Positions 53,183 through 64,000 of a stretch of 64,000 bases of DNA are shown here, in pieces. Numbering within the stretch: the first letter of the stretch is position 1; each line of letters begins with the position of its first letter. The stretch covers positions 8,682,001-8,746,000 of the forward strand of contig NC_087252.1 in the NCBI RefSeq assembly GCF_037042905.1, written 5' to 3'. The notes beneath the pieces were generated by a model, which worked only from the letters and a program-made list of their open reading frames with translations, was not told the origin of the DNA and did no database searches. A program made the translations under genes and the position numbers. Source of the DNA: Lytechinus pictus. Taxonomy: Eukaryota.

Positions 53183-54067
53183 GATAACCTAAAAAGGAAT
53201 ATCTTAAGAACTTCATGGAATGCATGAATAGAATAAGTACTTCAAACGAACCTCATTTCATTTCGGATTAACCATAGAGCTATTAACAGCTCTTAATAGC
53301 TCCATGGATTAACGAACCATATTTCGTTTTCGAACTAACGAACCTTCGGATAAACGAACCTCATTTCGTTTTCAGACTATAACGAACCTTCGAAATTAAG
53401 AACCTTTGGAATTACGAACCTTCGGAATACCGAACCTTCGGAATATTCGAACCTTCGGAATAACAAACCTACGGAATTATGAACCTCATTTTGTTTCCGG
53501 ACTAACGAACCGTCGGAATTACGAACCTCATTTTGTTTTCGGACTAACGAACCTTCAAAATTAAGAACCTTCGGAATACCAAACCTCTGGGATATTCGTA
53601 CCTTCGAAATAACGAAGCGTCAGAATTACGAATGTATGCGCTCTACTCAAACTCACTCGATCTTTGCCCTCCTACCTTCCTGAGAGTTTGTTACACAATG
53701 TCATTTGCTTTTCAGTATACGCATGCTCACATATGCACCCTAGCATCTAATTCAATACTGCAGAAAGAAATGAGAGTAACAAAAGCTGTTTAAAGTGCGT
53801 TCTTTTAATATTTATAAGGATTAATATTTTCAAGCAGCAATATTCTGTTCCATCGTATTAAATAGTAAGAATATAGGATGGTCTATATAAACACACAATG
53901 AATATTCATGTATCAACGACAGTGCTATTTTGTGTATTTCATAATTACAAATTAAACAAAATTATTCATAGTTCTTGTTGCAGGCAAATGTGTAAAAATT
54001 ACAGAAAGCTACTTTCTATATACAGTATTTAGTGTATGAATGTAATTGCCACTAACACAGATCTTAC

Positions 54068-54477
54068 AGGACAAATCCATCCCAACAAAAAATTGATTTG
54101 AATTAAAAGAGAAAAATCCAACAAGCATTACACTGAAAATTTCATCAAAATCGGATGTAAAATAAGAAAGTTTTGACATGTATAAGTATCGCTTCATTTA
54201 AGAAAAGAGTTATATCCACATCCTGGTCGATATGCGAATGAGGAGAATGATGACGTCATCCACTCACTATAAAATAAATAGTGAGGGAGGGAGATCATCG
54301 ATTGTCTCCATTGCATGCCACTGAGTTGTGCATATCACTGTTTTGTGAAAAGCAAAACTTTAAAATATCATAACTTTCTTATTTTACATCAGATTTTGAT
54401 GAAATTTTCATCGTTATGCTAGTTTGATTTTTGCTTTATTTATTCGAATCAACATTGTTCTAGGTTGGATTTGACCT
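54068..54477. mobile_element. Kolobok-like MITE, internally deleted
   Basis: AGGACAAATCCA...TGGATTTGACCT termini; similar to 1889-2555. Confidence 0.72.
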
Positions 54478-55312
54478 CAAATATAATACTAAGCCTTTAT
54501 ACTTCACCGAGACACAAATGCTGTAACTATATTATCATTGGCATACCATCGGTCAGTTTGTAGTCGATTAAAGTTGGTGCGACTGCATCATTTTGGTATA
54601 CAATCTGATCAAATTACATTTCGTCTGAGTAGAATATCATGAATTTTATAAATTCCTGGATACAATAATCATATAACTTATTCTAATGATCGCAAGTATA
54701 TGAATAAATATACACAAACTACGTACGCTCTTATAACAAGGTTGGGCAAAAAGAAGGCCCCAACTTTGAACCATCACTGGGAAACATACTGTCCACACAG
54801 CTAATGGTTAAATTTTGTCCAAATTGGGTAATAAAAACTAATAATTTGGTAATAGATATGCTCAATTGGATAATAATTGCCCAGAATATATATATATTAT
54901 TTTGCCAACATACATTACCATTAATTACCCAACACAGTGGACAGTATGGTACCGAACATATTGAACGTATTTTATACAGAAGGTGCATTTTTAAAGTGGG
55001 GTAAAATTATAATTGTATACAAAAGAATGGCGAAAGAATGAAGACTGAAATGAGAAATAGAACAATATGGAATTAACCTCATAACCAAGCAGTGGCATAA
55101 TAAACAGAACATTTTGAGGGGCCAGATATGGCAATTTTTGAAAAAGTTTTGGATTTTCTGATATTCTGCGATAACTTGGACTAACTACTAAAAAGTATAT
55201 TTTATGTCACCCCTTTCCTATTCCATGTTAAATTTTGTCCTTTATATTTTGTCATGACTGCGGATCCATATGCCCCCTATATGTATAAAGCCAGTGGAAA
55301 ACGAGAGAAGAT

Positions 55313-55392
55313 ATATAATAATAATACAGAATTTGTATAGCGCACGTATCCACCTTGCTAGGTGCTCAAGGCGCTCCTATATTACCCTGGCT
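55313..55392 (-). mobile_element. Short SINE/LINE 3'-tail fragment in the copy B 3' region
   Basis: On the minus strand ...GCGCTATACAAATTCTG(TAT)n; absent from copy A. Confidence 0.55.
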
Positions 55393-55416
55393 AAGATACT
55401 TAGAATAACGTTATCA

Positions 55417-55964
55417 TCAATTAGCATATGTGGAGTCATACGGTTCCGATGGCAATGGAATGTCACACTCTCGAGTACCAAACCTGCCGGCCTTAGACTG
55501 GATGCCATTAGAGGGTTTTGAAGATTTATAACTGCAACCAAGACTTTGGTCATCACAATCCTTCGTAAAGGCCACTTCTGTGTAGACCTGGTCTTCGTCG
55601 CTAATTCCAGATACCTTTAAGCCAGTGTATAGGTGTATTCCTGTTGAGATCTTGGGCAGGTCGAGTGTCTCATATGATGAATCTTCTTTCGGGAATCCAG
55701 TCACATTCGAGGAAAGCTGTTCATCTAGGATCTTCATCGCCGCCTTCAGCTTTCTATTACGATAGTACCCGAAGAGAACTGCAACAACCAAAATAGCGCA
55801 AATCACTGCCAGGATCGTTCCAACCAATAAGAGGGTCAAATAAGGATTACAACTCTTTTCAACAGGTGGTATCGAGTTCGATGTTCCATCTTGGTGTTCA
55901 GAGTAGTTTTGTGGATTCCTGGTTAACGACATTTCGCTAGAGGACATCATCGACATCACCGAAC
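55417..55964 (-). CDS. Stalk + TM + tail exon of copy B, open frame
   Basis: ttttag|GTTCG...AATTGA; paralogue of 32793-33367 with a 24-nt in-frame deletion. Confidence 0.75.
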
Positions 55965-56102
55965 CTAAAAATGCATAAAAATGAAAATGAAAATAATCAT
56001 GAGCCCAGTATCGATCAGGCGGTGGAATATTCAAGTCAATGCAAAATATTGCATTAGTTTCATAGAATTCACATTAAGAAAGCCAAGCCCAGTGATAGTC
56101 GT

Positions 56103-56136
<34 letters not shown>

Positions 56137-56772
56137 CAGTAGTAATTTTTGGGATGAAAACAAATAAAAATACAAAACGGATGGATAGCCCATATTCAGT
56201 TTTGTCAACATGACAATACTGTTCGTTCATAAGGTCCATATACAATATAAAGTAAACACATATGAAAAAAGCTCAACATATACAGTATATCAAACAAACT
56301 GACAAAAGTGATATGTTATGTTACTAACAAGAAATATTTTAAAATTCAATATTTGGGCAAGAAGTTAAAAGAAATGTTTAATATAATGAATTGGGCTGCT
56401 ATCATATTGTAAGTTTTCTCAAGGAGCAAACAACTGTTCTATAGGTAAGGAATTACAAGATGAATATTGAATGACTATAAACTGTTATATAACACAAGAT
56501 TTTGGTTCACGTATATAACTTTAAAGGATTAAAGGTGGCAATATGCTCTAGCTGGGGATAAACTGGCCCTAATTTTTTTGGCCCTAACTTTTCTTTTACT
56601 AATTTACCTATTATCGCCATTTCGAGTATTGGTTCTGTGATAATATACTGATACTCATTATTTTCATCGCAGATTATGATACAATAATTATTACCATAAT
56701 TACTTTAATACATGTTCATTTTATTGAAACAAGCGACATATAAATATCTCTATATCTCTAATCAGCCCTTAC

Positions 56773-57362
56773 AGGTCAAGCTAACCCCAGAAATATATTG
56801 ATCTGAATAAATAGAGAACAATCAAACTAGCATAAAGCTGAAAATTTCATCCAAATCAGATGTAAATTAAGAAAGTTATGAAATTTTAATGTTTCGCTTA
56901 TTTTTCACAAAACAGTGATATTCACAACGCAGTGACATGCAAATGACACAGCCGATGATGTCCCTCACTCACTATTTCTTTTGAACTATATTGTTTGAAT
57001 TATACAATGTTTCATTTTTTACACATTGACAATAAGGACGAACATGACTTAACCATATGGTAATAATACTAATTCCACATGTTTAGGGAGGAATCAATTT
57101 GTGTTTCACTTGACAATGAGGAGAAAAGTAGAATATTTCATGTAATAAGATACAAAAGAAACAGTGAAAGGATGATGTCATCAGCTTGCTCATTTACATA
57201 CCGACCAGGATGTGAATATAACCGTTTTGTGAAATTGTGCGAAACTTTAAAATGTCATAACTTTCTTATTTTACATCCGATTTTAATGAAATTTGTAGTG
57301 CTATGCTTCTTGGATTTTCCCTTTTTATTCATATAAACTTTTTGTTAGTGCGGACATGTCCT
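56773..57362. mobile_element. Kolobok-like MITE, specific to copy B
   Basis: Same family as 1889-2555; the paralogous site in copy A (about 33745-33760, CAGCCCTTAACATTTC) is empty with a single TTAA. Confidence 0.8.
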
Positions 57363-57720
57363 TTAAATTTTTCTTTGAAACTATTTTCTGACAACTGAAA
57401 AAGACGCGAAAGGTCAGCACCGTTATCCCAATCAATCATCGAAAAATCACGTGACAGGCAAAAAAATAAATCTGCCACGTTGGCAATCTACCACTTCCCC
57501 ATCAGCTACACTGGCATGTTAGTGACCATTTAATTAAAGAAGGATATCAATTTGAAATTGCGCCTCTACTAAGTATGCAAAGAATCAAACGATTGTCATA
57601 TTCTAATTTTATTTACCAAATTGATTTACACCTTGAAATCACTGATTGCGATGGTAATTGTTAAAATCAATGTAAATTCGTACTTGAATTCTTGATATAA
57701 AATGAATTATTAACATTCAC

Positions 57721-58041
57721 CTTTGCACATGACTCCAACATCCAGATTATGGGGGCAGTCGACGGCCTCTAGGGACATGAAGGTACAGTTCATCGAGGTG
57801 ACCACCGATCCAAGACACGAGATGTCTTCCAGAAATACCTTCCCAGTCCCTTCGCCGAATGCAGTGTTATGGAGAACGTCTGAAGCACCTAGGAAACCTA
57901 ACAGTCGACAGGCCACGTCGGCCTCCTTTAAGTCCCATCCTCGCCCACAAAGTGTACCCCACGATGAGTTATACAGCATTTCTACTCGGCCTTCATTTTG
58001 CTCCCTTCCACCTGCAAGGCGAATTTCAATTCTCGCATCGA
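57721..58041 (-). CDS. SRCR exon of copy B (paralogue of domain 5), open frame
   Basis: aatcag|TCGAT...AAAG|gtgaat; nearly identical to 34132-34458. Confidence 0.75.
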
Positions 58042-58478
58042 CTGATTCGGGTGAAAATAATGCGAATGATGATAGGAAAACTATGGAGACGATGACAACG
58101 GTAATAACATTACCATGCAATAGCAAAATTCAAATAATGGCAAAGACGACGAAAGATTGCGACAATTATGCTGATAATAATAATGATAATGAATGTCACA
58201 AGAATAAGAGTGGAAATAACATACGATAACAAGTGACTGCGGTTATGATAATGATGAAAAAGGAAGAAGAAAAAGAACAAGAAGAAGTGGAGGAAGAAGA
58301 AAGAGAAGAGGAAGAAGAGGACGACGAAGAAGAAGAAAAAAAAATAGAAAGCAGTTGATACTGTAAAAAGGGATATTAGAACATTAAGATAGATGTCTTA
58401 TTTCGTGACAGTAAAAGAAAAGAATGTAAGAAATACAACATAAGTCAAAAAAAAAAGCAGAGCTCTTAATTTAGTCTA

Positions 58479-58631
<153 letters not shown>

Positions 58632-58634
58632 CTA

Positions 58635-60485
<1,851 letters not shown>

Positions 60486-60489
60486 CGAG

Positions 60490-62774
60490 ATTTAGACCTA
60501 AAAAGGGACACTCTATTATGTTTTGTAAATCATGAAAAGAATGAGTAATAAGGGATCTTCCTACACTAATAATGCGAGCACAAAGCGCGAGCAGAATTTT
60601 TTTGATATTGTGATCTGAAACTGGATAATTATTTAAAAAGAGAACAAGTTGACTATCTAAATAAACATGCACGCGCGTTTCAATTTAGACCTAGAATCTA
60701 GGCATTCTAAATACATCTTATATCATGAAAATCAAAGCGAGCGCGAAGCGCGAGCTTAAACTATTTGATATCCCGATCTGAAAAAAGAATCAATTTCAGC
60801 TCTATATTTCAAGCACTTTGTAAGAAAATTGTGAGGTGGATATGGGTCGCACTTTATACAGTGCGTATCAAAAAAAGTTTACACTTTGAAAAAGCCCTGG
60901 GAATTAAAAAGTATACAACATGTGGGTAATTTTTTCACATATAATCTTAGGTTTGGGTCTCATCTATCCAATGAAAGTAAACGTTTTGACAGAATGTTAC
61001 ACTTGAGTGAGCACTGTCCATTTTTGTAAAGCTCACAGATATCTGTTTGCGCAGAAACGCTAGTTTTCTCGCTGTGTCAAGGAGAAAGGGTGAAATCAAA
61101 TCTACCCTGCGAATTATTTCTCATACATTTCCCTTGCAATTTTAGTCAGTTATAATAAAACAGATACATTCAAGCATTTTGTAATAATTTTGCCACCCAA
61201 ATTAAAATTTCAACACTTAGTACGCACAACCTTTACCCTATTTGAGCCAGCTGGATCTGAGGATATATCTAAATCTGAACAAAAGTTTATATCAGACATC
61301 TCCAGCATTTTTTCACTAAGTTTTTATCATTTAAAATGGGCTTACATTTCATTTTTTATTTAATACTTGTTTCTTCGCACCCTTTCCAAGCTTGACAATG
61401 ATTAACAAAATTAAAATCAAGCCTAAGCCATTTCATGTAAATCACAGCTCAGTGTTAAGCAAATATCGTCACGATGGCCTCGGTGTGTGGGGGAGTGGGG
61501 TGGGGCACTTCGAAGTGTTTTGGGCAAGGAAACCAGTTAAAAAGGTAAAATATATCTTCAGATCAATTTTATTAGCTATTTTCAACTTGTTCTTCATGAT
61601 TAAGGTCTTCTTTTATTCGCATAACTATTTCAAAGTTCTGCGCAAATCATTTTTCACGAACTTTTCAAAAGTAAGTGGTGCTCACTCAAGCGGAAATATT
61701 TTTTGACAGTTATATTGTCATTTGCTTAAATGGATCTGTACCAATGTTAAAATGTGGAAAAATCTTCAGGATATTACAAATGTATAATTTCACAGGATTT
61801 TTTCTAAGTGTAAACTTTTTTTTGATACGCACTGTAAAGAGCAAATATTTTTTAATTGTTATTACTTTGAGTTTTAACATAGGACCGGGATATCCTTAGG
61901 ACATGCATATAAAAATGATGACTTTCTTCATATTCATCTTGTTAAGTACGAGAGGAAACAAAATTAAGGACAATTTAATTATTAAATTAATATCTTATTC
62001 ATTAATGCCTAATAAGGGAGCGAAATCTGATGATATTATGGTCTGAAAACTGGACATTTCAAGCACTTTTATCGTTATGAATAGAATGCATCAAGTTAAC
62101 ATATTTCAACTATTAATGCGAGCGCAGATCGCTAGCCAAAATTATTTGATAAACTGTCATGAAAAAGGGATTTTAAGTAGTTTGTTGTATAATCAAAGAG
62201 ACATACATAACTCGCCAATCAAAATTCGAGCGTGCAGCACTATCTGATGCGTTTTGAAGATAAGACCAGAAAAGGGATATTTTGGAACTTTATGGAATAC
62301 ACGAAAATAATAGGTACCTGATAAATCAAAATTTGCGAGCGCGCAGCACGAGCAGAAAATATTAATATTCAGACCATAAAACTGACATTTTTACAAAGCA
62401 CTTTTAAAAAATCAATTTGTAAATCACACAAAATGATAAAAGTTCGATTTCCGAGGTGAAATATGTTTTGTATATTGACTTCCAAACGTAAACTTGATAT
62501 TTAAACTCCATATTGAACAAGATATGAAAATCACCTAACAGGCAATGCGAGCGCGAAGCGCAAACGAACATTGTATAGAGTGACATGAAAGATTATTTTC
62601 ATTTTCCAAGTCTTCCCCTCATCTTATTTTATGCACTCGTCTTTCTCCTCTTTTTTTCTCCTCTCTTTTCCCTCTACTTTCCCCCTTTTTTCTTTTCTTT
62701 CCTTTTTTTCTTTTTTGCTCTACCTATAGGGGAGGGGGGGGCAGGCCCCTCGGGCCCCCCTGGATCCGCCTATG
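60490..62774. mobile_element. One-ended hAT-like element (GCGAGCGCGAAGCGCGAGC repeat family)
   Basis: Right end CCCCCTGGATCCGCCTATG; internal motifs as in 29372-31469; left end missing at the LINE junction. Confidence 0.6.
60859..61834. mobile_element. Tc1/mariner-like MITE
   Basis: Same family as 40871-41860; TA flanks; different insertion context. Confidence 0.85.
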
Positions 62775-64000
62775 AATTAACTTAAGTTGAAGCCTACTTA
62801 ATAAGGAAATCTAAACTTGGTTTAAAATTACTTTTGCAAAATGTGCATAAATAACGGGGAAATGAAACTAAAAAGTAGAAAGAAATTATACTACGCAATG
62901 TGAAATAAATAGAGACATTTAATATACAGTGTACATTTACAACTGGTTGTTATGAAATGAAATGTTTGTGTGAGCTAATTTGCCTGGATTTAGCCCTACA
63001 ATTTTCATAATCCTTGACACATCAGCAGGGAGATAAATCGATCCGTTATGCATATTGCTCATCAATTTGATCCTTTGAATAAACTCGGAGAACAAAAATA
63101 CTAAAAGTTCCATTCAATTTTATTTCATGATAAAAATACAAGCTAAAATAAATATACAATGAAATAGAACGCTATTGGGGTCTTATCAAATGCTGCCACC
63201 AATCATATACAAACAATTAAAACCGATTAATTTACAAAAACATATGAAAATAAGTAAAAGTTATTATCACGATGATTATTATAATTTTTGTTATAGTATT
63301 ACCTAGAAAAAAAACCCTCTAAAATTCACATTCCTCACCAAGTCATACCGAAATGCAAAAGCATTATCACTAGGCCTGTTATACAGAAATGCGTAAGACG
63401 TTATTATATAGGAGCAGTAATTTCGACCACCTTCTTTCACTAAAGTCTATAACAAAGCTTAGTGGATGTCAGAAATGAAGATTATGATGAGAATAACACA
63501 CGCTTGACAAGTTGTCATCGGACATGTTGGACATGCTGAAAGTGGGCAATTTCATAAAATATGTACGTCCGACCCCCTTTATGTGGGACCTTCCTGAAAT
63601 TTTCTGTCTCTGATTTCTTGTTCTTTTGACAGTCTGTAATGCTCTCAAATGACCATGGCTTAATTGGCCATTTTATGAAGTAAAACTTGAGAAAACTGGT
63701 GGTCGGACGTACAAAAAGGTTGATTATTTTATGGAATTGCCCAAGTGCAGATACATTGAATCATATGTGTGGGTATGCGAAACAAAAAGTATCAAATTGG
63801 TAGATTTACGTTTAATCATTGCATACTGATGGAGGAGGGGGGGGGGGCTTCATTGGATCCAAGGACTCCCAAAAAGTTTCCCAACCAGGAAAAAACAAAA
63901 TGGAAGAAAAAGGGCTACATTTATATCATCTTCTGCGTCAAAATCGATCCGAAAAATAAGATTTTTGTTTTAAAAGGGTCAAGATGTTTGCGAGTCGTGT

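Noticed and set aside
60859..61834. Shared Tc1-like MITE as evidence of A/B collinearity with 40871-41860
   Set aside because: The flanking sequences differ, so these are independent insertions of one family.

Overview
AT-rich, intron-containing animal genomic DNA. The repeat landscape and the multi-SRCR genes look like an echinoderm such as a sea urchin (inference). The + strand from 1394 to 23417 carries 15 spliceable exons of a Dixin/DIXDC1 orthologue (CH domain, coiled coil, DIX domain). Its start exon is outside the window, and there is one candidate His-rich cassette exon. Convergent on the - strand is a tandem segmental duplication with a period of about 24.5 kb. Copy A (47073-32793) is an intact 755-aa type I membrane receptor: signal peptide, five 6-Cys SRCR domains, a TM helix and a tail with several tyrosine motifs. 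Copy B (58843-55417) has only two visible SRCR exons. One of them is a mosaic with an in-frame TAG and a LINE inserted just upstream of its acceptor, and its tail tyrosine motifs have been altered. The rest is nested non-autonomous DNA transposons/MITEs, tRNA-derived SINEs, LINE fragments and minisatellites. There is no CRISPR or prokaryotic system. Exon boundaries were read by eye from splice signals and frame continuity, without transcript data.
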